Assembly: GCF_051549785.1 (NCBI RefSeq)
Contig: NZ_CP189974.1
Location: 911,231 to 943,230, forward strand
Origin: Candidatus Caldatribacterium sp. SIUC1
GTDB taxonomy: Bacteria; Atribacterota; Atribacteria; Atribacterales; Caldatribacteriaceae
DNA length: 32,000 nucleotides
Direction: 5' to 3'
In this document: one piece after another, positions 6,764-19,502 of the stretch
Numbering within the stretch: the stretch's first letter is position 1
Layout: the number at the start of each line of letters is the position of its first letter
Notes under the pieces: generated by a model
The model's input: the letters and a program-made list of their open reading frames with translations, nothing else
The model's database searches: none
Told to the model about the DNA's origin: nothing
Translations under genes and position numbers: made by a program

Positions 6764-7420
6764 ATGCGGGTGACCCTTCTTACCCACACCCCTGACCCTG
6801 AGAGAGCTATCGCCCTGGCTGCGAGGGTCTGTTACAGCAAGGAGCCTCCTCAGGATATTGCCCCTGAAAAGGCCAGGAAGCTCATCCGGGAACTCTTTGC
6901 CCGGGGGCATGAGTCGGTGCTGGAACACGCTTTCTTCTCTTTTCTCCTCGAGGGCATCTCCCGGGTGACCTCTCACCAGCTCGTCCGGCACCGTCTGGCG
7001 TCTTACGCTCAGCAGAGCCAGCGGTATGTGGACCTCGGGGAGGCGAGCTTTGTCTGTCCGCCCTCGATTGCCGAACACCCCCGTGCTAAAATAGTATTCG
7101 ATGAGGTCATGGCCCATGCCCTGGAGGCGTATGAGGAGCTCTGCCGCCTTGGGGTGGCAAAGGAGGATGCCCGGTACGTTTTTCCCCAGGCCGTGGCGAC
7201 CAATATCGTCGTTTCCCTGAACGCCCGGGAACTCCTGCACATTGCCCGGGTACGTCTGTGTCGCCGGGCACAGTGGGAGGTTCGGGAAGTGGTGTTGAGG
7301 ATGATTGCGGAGGTGGGGAAGGTTGCGCCGGTCCTTGCAGAAATCGCCGGCCCTCCCTGCAAGTTTGGTCCCTGCCCGGAGGGGGAGAAGGGTTGCGGAA
7401 GACCATGGGGGATTCCGTGA
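6764..7420 (+). CDS. thyX: FAD-dependent thymidylate synthase ThyX
   Basis: 218 aa. Contains the ThyX signature RHRLASYAQQSQRY (RHRxxSxxxxSxR), plus HESVLEH and ARELLHIARVRLCRRAQWEVR. Confidence 0.95.
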   Translation: MRVTLLTHTPDPERAIALAARVCYSKEPPQDIAPEKARKLIRELFARGHESVLEHAFFSFLLEGISRVTSHQLVRHRLASYAQQSQRYVDLGEASFVCPPSIAEHPRAKIVFDEVMAHALEAYEELCRLGVAKEDARYVFPQAVATNIVVSLNARELLHIARVRLCRRAQWEVREVVLRMIAEVGKVAPVLAEIAGPPCKFGPCPEGEKGCGRPWGIP

Positions 7421-8310
7421 AAAGAGAAGGATTCTGTGACATCGGAGGGCAAGCGCTGATTGAGGGAGTGATGATGCGAAGTCCCCACCGCCTGGCGATG
7501 GCGGTGCGCCGGCCCGATGGGAGCATTGTTCTCGAGGTGCGGGAGGAGGTTCCCCTTTCGCGCCGGAGCCCCTTTTTTGCCCTTCCGGTGATTCGGGGAA
7601 TAGTGGGTCTTGTCGATTCGCTGGTGGTGGGCCTTCGGGCGCTCTCCTATTCTGCCCAGGTGGCCCTTGACGAGGAGCATCGCCTCACCGGTTTCGACAT
7701 AGGGCTGGCCCTGCTCCTTGCCCTGGGTCTTTTTGTGGGGCTTTTTGTTGCCCTTCCCACGTTTTTGACCTCACTCCTTGACCGTTTCCTGCGTTCCACC
7801 GTGGTGTACAACCTCATGGAGGGGGCAATCCGGATTGGCGTTTTTCTCCTGTACCTTCTTGTGATTTCGAATCTCCGGGATATCCGGAGGGTCTTTGAGT
7901 ACCACGGTGCAGAGCACAAGGCTATTTTTACCTTCGAGGAAGGAGAGGAACTCACGCCTGAAAATGCGGCGAAGTTCGCCACCCGTCATCCCCGCTGCGG
8001 GACAAGCTGGCTGCTCCTTGTCATGGTGGTGAGTGTCCTCATTTTCTCCTGCCTCGGAAGACCAGGGGTTTTTGTCCGGATTCTGAGCCGGGTTCTCGTG
8101 GTGCCTCTCGTGGCAGGGCTGGCCTATGAGGCGGTGAAGCTACTCTCACGCCATCGCCAGAGCCTCGTTGCCCGTCTTGTGAGCCTTCCTGGTCTCTGGC
8201 TCCAGTACCTCACAACCCGCGAACCGGATAGAGACCAGCTTGAGGTGGCCTTTGCGGCGCTGCGGGGGAGTCTCGGGGAGGAGTACACACCATGTGGCGA
8301 GAAAAGGTGA
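7405..8310 (+). CDS. DUF1385-family membrane protein (the family usually found next to prfA/prmC)
   Basis: [15 protein letters not shown]...[24 protein letters not shown]...[12 protein letters not shown]...[10 protein letters not shown] are the family's conserved blocks. ATG 7405 overlaps the thyX end; GTG 7417 is an alternative start. The track ORF start at 7258 lies inside thyX. Confidence 0.8.
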   Translation: MGDSVKREGFCDIGGQALIEGVMMRSPHRLAMAVRRPDGSIVLEVREEVPLSRRSPFFALPVIRGIVGLVDSLVVGLRALSYSAQVALDEEHRLTGFDIGLALLLALGLFVGLFVALPTFLTSLLDRFLRSTVVYNLMEGAIRIGVFLLYLLVISNLRDIRRVFEYHGAEHKAIFTFEEGEELTPENAAKFATRHPRCGTSWLLLVMVVSVLIFSCLGRPGVFVRILSRVLVVPLVAGLAYEAVKLLSRHRQSLVARLVSLPGLWLQYLTTREPDRDQLEVAFAALRGSLGEEYTPCGEKR

Positions 8311-9362
8311 AAGCTATCGTCGAGCAGTACCGGGAACTCACCGAGAAAATGGCCCATCCTGAGGTGGTGCAGGATCTGGCCCGCTACCGCAGTTACGCCC
8401 AGACCATTGCAGAAATCGAACCCATTGTGGAGAAATATGAGGAATACGAGCGGGTGGAGCGGGAACTCGAGGAGGACCGGCTTTTACTCCGGAGCGAACA
8501 CGATCCGGAACTCCGGGAACTGCTTGAGGAAGAGATTGCCCGGCTTAAGGAACGCCACGAACAGCTTGAAGAAGAACTCAAAGTCATGCTCCTTCCCAGG
8601 GACCCCCGGGACGACAAGGACACGCTGGTGGAGATTCGGGCTGGTGCGGGAGGGGAGGAGGCGGCGCTCTTTGTGGCCGACCTTTTCCGAATGTACACTC
8701 GCTTTGCCGAACGCCACGGTTTCAGAGTTGAGGTCATGGATGCAAGCCCCACAGAGCTTGGGGGGTTCAAGGAAATTATCTTTGCCGTGGAAGGGAAGGG
8801 TGCGTACAGCAAGTTCAAGTTTGAAAGTGGTGTGCACCGGGTGCAGCGGGTGCCCATCACTGAAGCCAGCGGTCGTATCCATACCTCCACGGCAACAGTG
8901 GCGGTGCTTCCTGAAGCCGACGAGGTTGAGGTGGTCATTCGGCCGGAGGATATTCGGGTGGAAATATTCCGGGCGTCTGGGCCTGGCGGGCAGCACGTGA
9001 ACACGACCGATTCCGCCGTTCGGATTACCCATCTTCCCACGGGGATTGTGGTCACCTGCCAGGATGAACGGTCGCAGCACAAAAACAAAGCGAAAGCCTT
9101 GCGGATTCTTCGGGCCCGGCTCCTTGACCTGGAACGAAAAGCCCAGAAAGAGGCCATCGACCGGGAACGGCGGGCGCAGATTGGCACTGGAGAGCGGAGC
9201 GAGCGTATCAGAACCTACAATTTTCCTCAAAACCGGGTGACGGACCATCGCATTAACCTTACCCTGTATCGCCTGGAGTCCATTCTCGATGGGGACCTTG
9301 ATGAAATCGTTGAGGCCCTTGCTGCCGAGGAACGGGCCAGGCTCTTAGAGAAGGTTGGATAG
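8292..9362 (+). CDS. prfA: Peptide chain release factor 1
   Basis: Contains the GGQ motif ([23 protein letters not shown]) and an RF1-type PxT tripeptide context ([15 protein letters not shown]). No in-frame stop or frameshift is present. GTG 8307 (GTGA overlap with the upstream stop) is an alternative start. Confidence 0.95.
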   Translation: MWREKVKAIVEQYRELTEKMAHPEVVQDLARYRSYAQTIAEIEPIVEKYEEYERVERELEEDRLLLRSEHDPELRELLEEEIARLKERHEQLEEELKVMLLPRDPRDDKDTLVEIRAGAGGEEAALFVADLFRMYTRFAERHGFRVEVMDASPTELGGFKEIIFAVEGKGAYSKFKFESGVHRVQRVPITEASGRIHTSTATVAVLPEADEVEVVIRPEDIRVEIFRASGPGGQHVNTTDSAVRITHLPTGIVVTCQDERSQHKNKAKALRILRARLLDLERKAQKEAIDRERRAQIGTGERSERIRTYNFPQNRVTDHRINLTLYRLESILDGDLDEIVEALAAEERARLLEKVG

Positions 9363-10278
9363 GGTGACGGTCAGAGAGCTCTTCCGGAAAACGGTGAGAA
9401 CGTTGCGCGAGCGGGATATTCCCTCCCCGACGCGGGAAGCCCGTCTTCTTCTGGGGAAGCTCCTTGCGACCTCACCGGCTCGGCTTTACCTTTTCTGGGA
9501 CCAGAGGGTTACCGAAGAGGATGAGCGGATGTTGCAGGCTCTGGTTGCAGAACGCCTTCTGGGTGTGCCCCTCCAGTACGTCCTTGGAGAATGGGAGTTT
9601 TTCTCTCTGCCTTTCCGCTTGAGGCGAGGGGTCTTCATCCCCCGGGTGGATACCGAAGCCTGGGTGGAAGAGGCGGTAATCCTCCTCCACCTCCTCTCGG
9701 GGAAAAGGAAGCAACTTGTGGGATGTGACCTGTGCTGCGGAAGCGGTGTCATCGGGCTTTCCTGTGCCTTCTTCGTGCCTGGCCTGGTCCTTTACGGGGT
9801 GGATATCTCGGAAGATGCGGTGGCTTTAGCCCTTGAAAATGCTCGTCTTCTTGGTCTTGAGGAACGGGTGACGTTCCTCGTGGGGGACCTTTTCAGCCCC
9901 TTTGCATCGTGGTCTTTGGCCTTTGACGTCATCCTCTCCAATCCTCCTTACGTTCCCGTGGCGCTCTGGGAGAAGCTTGAGGAGGGCATTCGCCTGTATG
10001 AGCCCCGAGAGGCACTGTGTGGGGGAGAGGATGGACTTGAGGTGATACGGAGAATCCTCCGTGAGGCCCCCCGTTTCCTCCGGGAGGGGGGATTCCTCTT
10101 CATCGAGCACGACCCCTCACAGAAAGAAGCGGTGGCGGAGCTTGGAGAAAGAAGTGGCCTGACGTACGTTCGGGCTCTTCGGGACTACACCGGGAATATC
10201 CGGGCAAGCGTGCTGCAGCTTGGGAGGGAGAAGGAGTGCGAATTCTCATCGGATGCGACCACGCCGGCTTTCATCTAA
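9355..10278 (+). CDS. prmC: Release factor glutamine N5-methyltransferase
   Basis: Contains the SAM-binding [10 protein letters not shown] and catalytic NPPY (SNPPYVP) motifs and lies immediately downstream of prfA. The start is TTG 9355 or GTG 9364. Confidence 0.9.
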   Translation: MDRVTVRELFRKTVRTLRERDIPSPTREARLLLGKLLATSPARLYLFWDQRVTEEDERMLQALVAERLLGVPLQYVLGEWEFFSLPFRLRRGVFIPRVDTEAWVEEAVILLHLLSGKRKQLVGCDLCCGSGVIGLSCAFFVPGLVLYGVDISEDAVALALENARLLGLEERVTFLVGDLFSPFASWSLAFDVILSNPPYVPVALWEKLEEGIRLYEPREALCGGEDGLEVIRRILREAPRFLREGGFLFIEHDPSQKEAVAELGERSGLTYVRALRDYTGNIRASVLQLGREKECEFSSDATTPAFI

Positions 10279-10688
10279 AGGAGGACCTTAAGGCGTACAT
10301 CCAGTCCCTGGGACATGAGGTTGAGGATTACGGTGTGCACGAAGAAAAAGCCTACGATTACCCCGATGTGGCCTTCAGAGTGGCGGAGGACGTCGCCCGG
10401 GGAAAAGGCGACCGGGGGATTCTCATCTGCGGAACCGGGGTGGGGATGTCTATCGCCGCGAACAAGGTTCGGGGCATCCGGGCGGCTCTGTGTCATGACG
10501 TCTTCTCTGCCCGGGCTTCCCGGGAACATAACGACGCCAACATCCTCACCATGGGAGAACGGGTGATCGGGAAGGGTCTTGCCCGGGAGATTGTCCGGGT
10601 GTGGCTTCAGAGTGAATTCCAGGGGGATCGACATGCCCGAAGAGTGGCTAAAATCCGTGCCTACGAAGAGCGAAAGGCCGAGACCTGA
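10236..10688 (+). CDS. rpiB: Ribose-5-phosphate isomerase B
   Basis: 150 aa with a GTG start: (M)[17 protein letters not shown]...[24 protein letters not shown]...[15 protein letters not shown] is the canonical RpiB/LacAB pattern. Confidence 0.95.
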   Translation: MRILIGCDHAGFHLKEDLKAYIQSLGHEVEDYGVHEEKAYDYPDVAFRVAEDVARGKGDRGILICGTGVGMSIAANKVRGIRAALCHDVFSARASREHNDANILTMGERVIGKGLAREIVRVWLQSEFQGDRHARRVAKIRAYEERKAET

Positions 10689-11139
10689 CTGGGATGAGTA
10701 CTTCATGGCCATTGCCCACCTTGTGGCCACGCGTTCAACCTGCATTCGCCGCCAGGTTGGTGCCGTACTCGTAAAGGAGAAGCGGATTCTCGCCACTGGC
10801 TATAATGGTGCGCCAAGTGGTGTGGCCCACTGTACGGAGGCCACCTGCCTCCGGAATCTGCAGAATGTCCCCCCCGGGCAGATGCACGAACTCTGCCGGG
10901 GCCTCCATGCAGAACAAAATGTGATTATTCAGGCTGCCCTCTACGGGGTGAGCACCAGAGGCTCGACGCTCTACTGTACCCACAAACCCTGTATCCTCTG
11001 CGTGAAGATGCTCATCAACGCCGGAATCGTCCGGATTGTCTACGAGAATCCTTATCCGGACCCTCTGGCCGATGCGCTTTTGGAAGAGGCGGGGGTTGAA
11101 CTTCTGACGTTTTCGGGAGGACAAAGCGGTGATTCGTGA
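10633..11139 (+). CDS. comEB: dCMP deaminase (ComEB/deoxycytidylate deaminase family)
   Basis: [18 protein letters not shown], the zinc motif HAEQN, and [14 protein letters not shown] (PCxxC). ATG 10633 overlaps the rpiB end by 56 nt; a later GTG near 10657 is possible. Confidence 0.9.
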   Translation: MPEEWLKSVPTKSERPRPDWDEYFMAIAHLVATRSTCIRRQVGAVLVKEKRILATGYNGAPSGVAHCTEATCLRNLQNVPPGQMHELCRGLHAEQNVIIQAALYGVSTRGSTLYCTHKPCILCVKMLINAGIVRIVYENPYPDPLADALLEEAGVELLTFSGGQSGDS

Positions 11140-12184
11140 GGCGCTCTTTTTCCCGTTCCTGGCATTTCTCTGTGCCCTGGGGTTGACGCCCCTGGTCATC
11201 AGGTGGAGTGAACGCCGGGGGTGTCTGGATTTACCCGATGGGGAGCGCAAAATCCACGATCGGCCCGTGTCTCGCCTTGGGGGAATAGCGGTTTTCGGAG
11301 CCTTTTTCATCGCCCTTTTGCTCCTTGCCCTCTCTTTTCCCCTCGCGCTTTCACCCCTTTTTATCCTGGGGATTGGGGTCATTTTCGCCACGGGGCTTCT
11401 TGATGACTTCTGCTCTCTCCCTCCCTGGGGGAAATTTGCCGGCCAGTGTCTGGGGGCGGTGCTTTTGCTTTCTGGGGGTGTGGTCATCCGTTTTTTCACG
11501 CTCCCCTGGAACCACGTGGTGTACCTGGGCTGGCTCGGGTATCCTCTTACCATGCTCTGGATTGTGGGGGTATCCAATGCCCTCAACCTCATCGATGGGC
11601 TTGACGGGCTGTCAGGAGGGGTGGGCGCCATTGCGGCCTTCACCCTGGGGGTTATAGCCTGGCAGGAGGGTCGTGTGGAGCCGGCGTTGCTGTCGCTTCT
11701 TCTTGTGGGGTCAATCCTTGGCTTTCTCCTGTACAACTTCCCCCCTGCCAGGGTTTTCCTCGGCGATGGCGGAGCACTGTTCCTTGGAGGGATGCTTGCG
11801 GTTATTTCGGTTCAGGGAGCTTTAAAAAGCGCTGCGGCCTTCACCCTGGCGCTCCCGAGTCTCATCCTTGGTGTCCCGATTTTCGACACGCTTTTCGCCA
11901 TTGTGCGCCGCAAAAGGAACCGCCTCCCCATCGCTTCCCCTGACCGGGGGCATCTCCACCACCGTCTCCTTGAGCGGGGGTATTCAAAGCGGGAGACGCT
12001 CGTCATCTTCTACGGCCTCAGCGCGCTCTGCGGGGCAGTGGCCATTTTCATGAACACTTTTCTCGCCAACAGCACCTATTCGCTTTTGCTCTTTTTCCTC
12101 TTTGTCCTCTTTTTCTTAAGCCTTGGAAAAAACCTCCGGGTGACTGAACTGCCAAAGGAGAAGAAGTCCGTTGCCAGGGATTAG
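11129..12184 (+). CDS. Glycosyltransferase family 4, undecaprenyl-phosphate GlcNAc-1-phosphate transferase (WecA/TagO-like)
   Basis: 351-aa polytopic membrane protein with the MraY/WecA motifs [17 protein letters not shown] and [14 protein letters not shown] start. Confidence 0.85.
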   Translation: MIREALFFPFLAFLCALGLTPLVIRWSERRGCLDLPDGERKIHDRPVSRLGGIAVFGAFFIALLLLALSFPLALSPLFILGIGVIFATGLLDDFCSLPPWGKFAGQCLGAVLLLSGGVVIRFFTLPWNHVVYLGWLGYPLTMLWIVGVSNALNLIDGLDGLSGGVGAIAAFTLGVIAWQEGRVEPALLSLLLVGSILGFLLYNFPPARVFLGDGGALFLGGMLAVISVQGALKSAAAFTLALPSLILGVPIFDTLFAIVRRKRNRLPIASPDRGHLHHRLLERGYSKRETLVIFYGLSALCGAVAIFMNTFLANSTYSLLLFFLFVLFFLSLGKNLRVTELPKEKKSVARD

Positions 12185-13307
12185 CGTTGCTTTTGTTCTT
12201 GGAACAAGGCCAGAAGTCGTGAAACTCGCCCCCGTTGTGCTTGCCCTGCAAAAACGTCGGGAATTCCTTCCCTGGATCGTCCACACCGGTCAGCACCGGG
12301 AAATGGCGGAGACCTTCTTCTCCGTTTTCGGTCTCTCTCCCCGGTACGATTTGCAGGTCATGGTCAAGCAGCAGTCCCTCTTCTACCTCACTTCCCGGAT
12401 TCTCGAGGGTCTTGAGAGGGTCTTTCGTTCGGATCGCCCGGATCTCGTCGTCGTTCAGGGGGACACCACGTCAGCGTTCTGCGGTGCCCTGGCGTCTTTC
12501 TATCTTCGGATTCCCTGTGCCCATGTTGAGGCAGGGCTCCGGACCTTTGCAAAGTACAGTCCTTTCCCTGAAGAGATGAACCGTGTCCTCATTGGACGTC
12601 TTGCGGACCTCCATTTTGCCCCCACCCCCCGGTCCCGGGAGAACCTCCTCCGGGAAGGCATTCCGGATGACAGCATCTTCGTCACGGGGAATACGGTTGT
12701 GGATGCCCTCTTTGCCATCCTTGGAAGGCACACCACCTTTGAGCATCCGGTCCTGGCCCAGGAGGTGCAGGATGGTGTGACCATCACGGTCACGGCGCAT
12801 CGGAGGGAAAACTGGGGAAAGGGAATTGCCGAAGTTGCCCTGGCCGTCAGGGATCTCGTGGTTTTGCGGGAAGATGTGCGGGTCTTTTTCCCCCTCCATC
12901 CCAACCCCCTGGTGAGGGAAGTGGTGGAGAGGGAGCTCGCTTCAATCCCCCGGGTGTTTCTCCTCGATGCCCTCCCGTATCCGGACTTTGTGCGGCTGCT
13001 TGCCAGAAGCCACGTGGTGGTAAGCGACTCAGGAGGAGTTCAGGAGGAGGCCGCAGCGCTGGGGATTCCGGTTGTGGTGACCCGGGATACCACGGAACGG
13101 CCGGAAATCATCGAGTGCGGCCTCGGGGTGCTGGCGGGGTGCCAGAGAGAATCCATCGTCCAGGCGGCGATGGATTTCCTTGAGAAAGGGGTAGCGCAGC
13201 GGAAGGCGCGCGTGTTTGGGGACGGCAGGGCTGCAGAACGAATCGTTCAGGTTCTCCTGCGGTTTTTTGGCTTCCCTGGGGTGTATGAGGAATTCACTCC
13301 GGGATGA
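12171..13307 (+). CDS. wecB: UDP-N-acetylglucosamine 2-epimerase (non-hydrolysing)
   Basis: VLGTRPEVVKLAPV...HTGQHREM...VQGDTTSAF...HVEAGLRT...PFPEEMNR...VTAHRREN...SDSGGVQEEA are the canonical WecB/MnaA blocks. TTG start with AAAGGAG upstream. Confidence 0.95.
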   Translation: MPGISVAFVLGTRPEVVKLAPVVLALQKRREFLPWIVHTGQHREMAETFFSVFGLSPRYDLQVMVKQQSLFYLTSRILEGLERVFRSDRPDLVVVQGDTTSAFCGALASFYLRIPCAHVEAGLRTFAKYSPFPEEMNRVLIGRLADLHFAPTPRSRENLLREGIPDDSIFVTGNTVVDALFAILGRHTTFEHPVLAQEVQDGVTITVTAHRRENWGKGIAEVALAVRDLVVLREDVRVFFPLHPNPLVREVVERELASIPRVFLLDALPYPDFVRLLARSHVVVSDSGGVQEEAAALGIPVVVTRDTTERPEIIECGLGVLAGCQRESIVQAAMDFLEKGVAQRKARVFGDGRAAERIVQVLLRFFGFPGVYEEFTPG

Positions 13308-15982
<2,675 letters not shown>

Positions 15983-15983
<1 letters not shown>

Positions 15984-17503
15984 TATACCGCCTCCGAGAG
16001 GAATCGCTCGTTGAAGTTTGCTACAACCCTGCGCATGTCTTCCTCAAGGTCGTGGGTGAGGTCCTGTTCCTTTTCCAGGCGCTCAAGGAGGTCAGCGTGT
16101 TCCTCCCTGAGGTAGGCGACGAAGGCCCTTTCCCACTCCTTGACCCGCTCAAGAGGCACAGGATCGAGGAATCCCTGGGTGGCGGCAAAGACCTCCATGA
16201 TTTCAATGCTTGGGGGGAGAGGGGCAAAGGAAGCCTGTGTCATGAGGGCGAGGACTCTTTTCCCGTGTTCGAGCTGTTGCCTGGTGAATTCGTCGAGGTC
16301 TGCTCCGAAACGGGCGAATTCCTCAAGCTCGAAGTACTGGGCAAGATGAAGACGCAGGCGTCGAGCAACCTTTTTCATGATGCTCGTCTGTGCCTCGCCT
16401 CCCACCCGGGAGACCGAAAGGCCAATGTTGATAGCCGGGAGGAATCCCTTGTTGAAGAGTCCAGTTTCGAGGTAAATCTGCCCATCGGTGATGGAAATGA
16501 TGTTCGTGGGGATGTAGGAGGTGATATCCCCTTCCTGGGTTTCCACGATAGGCAGAGCGGTCATGGAGCCTCCACCCCGGGATTCAGCGAGCTGAGCACC
16601 CCGCTCAAGGAGGCTCGAGTGGATGTAGAAGATGTCTCCGGGGTACGATTCTCTCCCCGGAGGACGGCGCAAAAGCAGAGACAACGACCGGTACGCCACA
16701 GCGTGCTTGGTAAGGTCGTCATAGACGATGAGCACGTCCTCTCCCCGGTACATGAAGTACTCCCCCATGGCGCACCCGGCGTAAGGGGCGAGGTACACAA
16801 GAGCCGGAGGGTCTTCGGAAGACGTGGCAACGATAGTGGTGTACTCCAGAGCCTGGAATTTCCGCAGGGTTTCCACAACCTGGGTGATGTTGGCCAGGCG
16901 CTGGCCGATGGCCACGTAGATGCAGATGACCCCCTTCCCTTTCTGGTTGATGATAGTGTCTAAAGCAATGGTGGTCTTTCCGGTTCGCCGATCCCCAATG
17001 ATGAGTTCTCGTTGCCCTTTTCCCAGGGGGATCATGGCGTCGATGATTTTGATGCCGGAAAAAAGCGGCCGCTGTACCGGAGCACGGTCGATGACCTGCG
17101 GTGCGGGAAAGAACACCGGCCGTTTCCCCCGGCACGTGATGGGTCCCCTGTCATCAAGGGGTTCCCCCAGGGGATTGACGACCCGGGAGAGGAGTTCCTC
17201 TCCTGCCGGAACCTCGAGCATGGTCCGGGTGCGGAAGACCTGGTCCCCGGCGTGGATAGCAGTGTAGTCCCCAAAGAGGATGCACTGCAAACTCTCCCGC
17301 TCAAGCCCCAGCACCTGACCCCGGATAGCCTTCCTGCTCCCAAAAAGGAGCGTCTCTCCAATCATGGCCTTCCGCAGGCCCCGAACACGGGCAACGCCGT
17401 CCTGGACCTCGAGGACTTCCCCAATCTCCCCGATTTCCGGTTCAGGACGGTAGGCGGTGACGATGTCTCGTGCTCTTTTGAGAATGTCACCGACCATGGA
17501 CAT
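15983..17503 (-). CDS. atpA: F1 ATP synthase alpha subunit
   Basis: 506 aa. Walker A GDRRTGKTTIALDTIINQ, plus YVAIGQR, DDLTKHAVAYRSLSLLLRRPPGRESYPGDIFYIHSSLLER, and ALPIVETQEGDITSYIPTNIISITDGQIYL. Confidence 0.97.
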
Positions 17504-17741
17504 GGGGAATCCCCTCTCTGAGGATTCGTTCTTTCAGGCGCTCAAGCTGGGTTTTTACACTGCAGTCGATGAGGATTTCTCCCCAGAGGATGACCACACC
17601 CCCAATGAGGGAGGGGTCAATTTCCTCCTCAAGGAGGAAGGGTTCCCGGATGACCCGGCTCAGCTTGGAGTAGAGAATATCTTTCTGTTCGTCTGTCAGA
17701 GGGAAAGGAGTAATGACCTTCACTTTCTCTCTATCCCTCAT
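17487..17741 (-). CDS. atpH: ATP synthase delta (OSCP) subunit, C-terminal domain only (about 84 aa)
   Basis: ...VITPFPLTDEQKDILYSKLSRVIREPFLLEEEIDPSLIGGVVILWGEILIDCSVKTQLERLKERIL matches the conserved C-terminal third of bacterial delta. The longest possible ORF is 92 codons (TTG 17765). ATG 17741 overlaps the atpF stop, and the 3' end overlaps the atpA start by 17 nt. Confidence 0.7.
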   Translation of the reverse strand: MRDREKVKVITPFPLTDEQKDILYSKLSRVIREPFLLEEEIDPSLIGGVVILWGEILIDCSVKTQLERLKERILREGIPHVHGR

Positions 17742-18246
17742 GGGTGCTCTCAAGCTGGGCTTCAAGGCGACTCACGGCTTCCTCGAGCATTTCTTCAATA
17801 ATCCGGGTTTGAACCTCGGGAGTGATGTGAACCTTGAGAATCCGCTTTGCGACTTCCTCAGAAATATCCACGATGTCTTCCTTGAGTTCCAGAAGGAGCT
17901 GTTCAATTTCCCTTTTTGCTCGCCGTTCGTATTCCCTTTGAATTTTCTCGGCTTCCCGGTATGCTTCCTGGATGATGGCCTCTTTGATTCTTTGCGCCTC
18001 TTTGTTGGCCTGGTCGAGCATTTCGAGGTATTTCTCCTTCAGGTTTTTGAGTTCCTCCTCGAGGCGGCGTCGCTCCTCTTCGAGGGCCTTCTTTTCCTCC
18101 TCGATTTTCTCGAACTCTCTCTGAATCCGGTCCGAACGCTCGTCCAGCGCCTTCACCACAGGTTTAAAGAGGAAGCGGAAGAGGAGAAAAACCAGGGTGA
18201 GGAAGTTGATAATCTGAAAAATGATGCTCCGGTCTATGCGGATCAT
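17731..18246 (-). CDS. atpF: Fo ATP synthase b subunit
   Basis: 171 aa. N-terminal TM segment IIFQIINFLTLVFLLFRFLFKPVVKALDER is followed by a long charged coiled coil, the standard b architecture. Confidence 0.85.
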   Translation of the reverse strand: MIRIDRSIIFQIINFLTLVFLLFRFLFKPVVKALDERSDRIQREFEKIEEEKKALEEERRRLEEELKNLKEKYLEMLDQANKEAQRIKEAIIQEAYREAEKIQREYERRAKREIEQLLLELKEDIVDISEEVAKRILKVHITPEVQTRIIEEMLEEAVSRLEAQLESTHEG

Positions 18247-18260
18247 GGAGGGGAACCCCC

Positions 18261-18527
18261 CTACTTGAAGACGTATCGGAGGAGCGGGTTGGCGAAAAGG
18301 AGAATGAAAGAGACGACAAGAACGTAAATGGCCAGGGACTCAAGCATGGCCAGTCCCACAAAGAGCGTCCGGCTGATGGGACCGGCGGCCTCAGGTTGCC
18401 TGGCGATGCTCTCCAGAGCCTGCGAACAGGCCTTACCCTGCCCGATGGCGGGGAACATTACCCCCAGGGCGATGGAAAACCCTGCGGTGAAGACGGTGAC
18501 GCAGAGGAAGAGTATCTCTCCTTGCAT
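18261..18527 (-). CDS. atpE: Fo ATP synthase c subunit
   Basis: 88 aa from ATG 18527 (AAGGAGG upstream): ...[57 protein letters not shown] helical hairpin with the ARQPE loop and the carboxylate Glu in LES. Confidence 0.92.
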   Translation of the reverse strand: MQGEILFLCVTVFTAGFSIALGVMFPAIGQGKACSQALESIARQPEAAGPISRTLFVGLAMLESLAIYVLVVSFILLFANPLLRYVFK

Positions 18528-18565
18528 ATCCCTCGACCTCCTTCGCGTTGACGCCAATTATACTC

Positions 18566-19231
18566 CTAATGTCCTGAGGATTCAACTGCAGCGCTCAGGT
18601 ACACCACGGAGAGGACCGTGAAGATGTACGCCTGGATGATTCCGGTGAAAATGCTAAAGAGCATCATTGGGAGAGGAAGGAAAAGCGGAGAGAGGAGGAA
18701 GAGGATGGCGATGATGATTTCCTCCCCCATGATGTTGCCAAAAAGTCGAAGGGCTAAAGAAACCGTCCGGGTAATTTCGCTGATAACGTGGAAGGGAGCG
18801 AGAATAGGCGAGGGAGAGAGGTAGCTTCGGAAGTAGTTCCTCACGCCTTTTATGGTGATGCCGTAGAAGGGAACGGCGAAGAAGACGACCAGGGCAAGGG
18901 CCAGGGTGGTGTTGAAGTCACTCGTGGGGGACTTGAGCCAGGGCACAAGACCGGCTACATCAGAGGTTCCGATGAAGAGCGCCAGGGTCCCCACAAGGGG
19001 CAGGAATCTTTTGCCGTTGCCCGGGGACATCTCTTCCACAAGGTGCAGAATGGCCTCAACGAAGAGTTCAAGGACGTTCTGCAGGCGGGTGGGGACAGGG
19101 CGCATCCTCCGGGTAAGGAAGAAGGAGAAAAGCACCAGAAACCCCATGACCACCCAGGTTGAAACCACCGTCTTGGTTACCGGTATGCCCAGGAACACAA
19201 AGAACACCTGAGGGTTAAAGATTTCTTCCAT
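18566..19231 (-). CDS. atpB: Fo ATP synthase a subunit
   Basis: Contains the essential Arg motif SLALRLFGNIMGEE and the C-terminal GIIQAYIFTVLSVVYL. ATG 19231 has GGGAGGG 6 nt upstream; the track start 19261 is also possible. Confidence 0.92.
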   Translation of the reverse strand: MEEIFNPQVFFVFLGIPVTKTVVSTWVVMGFLVLFSFFLTRRMRPVPTRLQNVLELFVEAILHLVEEMSPGNGKRFLPLVGTLALFIGTSDVAGLVPWLKSPTSDFNTTLALALVVFFAVPFYGITIKGVRNYFRSYLSPSPILAPFHVISEITRTVSLALRLFGNIMGEEIIIAILFLLSPLFLPLPMMLFSIFTGIIQAYIFTVLSVVYLSAAVESSGH

Positions 19232-19502
19232 GGCTTGCCCTCCCAAAGGAAATGCTGGCAAAGAGTATCAGGAAGACGAAATAGCTCAAAAGGAACGAGA
19301 CCACAAAGGGACAGAGCCGAACACGCACGTAGCGCAGAAAGAGGAAGAACCAGGTTCCCACAATGCCACAGCGAGTGAGAATTCCCCTCCAGGCGGTGTA
19401 CCGTCTTTTGTGGAGCACCGAATGTACCTCAAGGGCAATGAGTTCAAGGAGTAGCACAGCAAGCGCTACTCCACCCAGGAAGCTAAGAACGGTTCTTCCC
19501 AT
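19215..19502 (-). CDS. Small polytopic membrane protein in the AtpI position (ATP synthase protein I-like)
   Basis: 95 aa with 3-4 hydrophobic segments. It lies between the atpZ-like gene and atpB and overlaps both (20 nt and 17 nt). The assignment rests on position and topology only. Confidence 0.5.
   Translation of the reverse strand: MGRTVLSFLGGVALAVLLLELIALEVHSVLHKRRYTAWRGILTRCGIVGTWFFLFLRYVRVRLCPFVVSFLLSYFVFLILFASISFGRASHGRNL

Noticed and set aside
8393-9187. 264-aa and 254-aa minus-strand ORFs antisense to prfA (the 254-aa ORF spans 8484..9248)
   Set aside because: Their Ser/Arg-rich low-complexity translations mirror the Glu/Leu/Arg-rich prfA codons. prfA itself is unambiguous (GGQ motif).
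8292-9362. Programmed +1 frameshift of the release factor gene
   Set aside because: That feature belongs to prfB (RF2). This gene is RF1 (PxT-type motif, uninterrupted frame), so no frameshift site is expected and none was seen.
10735-11736. 333-aa minus-strand ORF antisense to the dCMP deaminase and WecA-like genes
   Set aside because: It is a low-complexity R/S/P/K-rich translation with no RBS and no family resemblance. The plus-strand genes have clear catalytic motifs.
16052-16963. 303-aa plus-strand ORF, and other plus-strand ORFs (15510..16115, 17012..17521, 17713..18327), across the atp operon
   Set aside because: All lie antisense to the highly conserved atpA, atpG, atpH and atpF genes. 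None has a recognisable domain signature.
18247-18260. GGGGAACCCC-like self-complementary motif between atpE and atpF
   Set aside because: The stem would enclose a 2-nt loop, which is sterically impossible. More likely it is just the G-rich ribosome-binding region of atpF.
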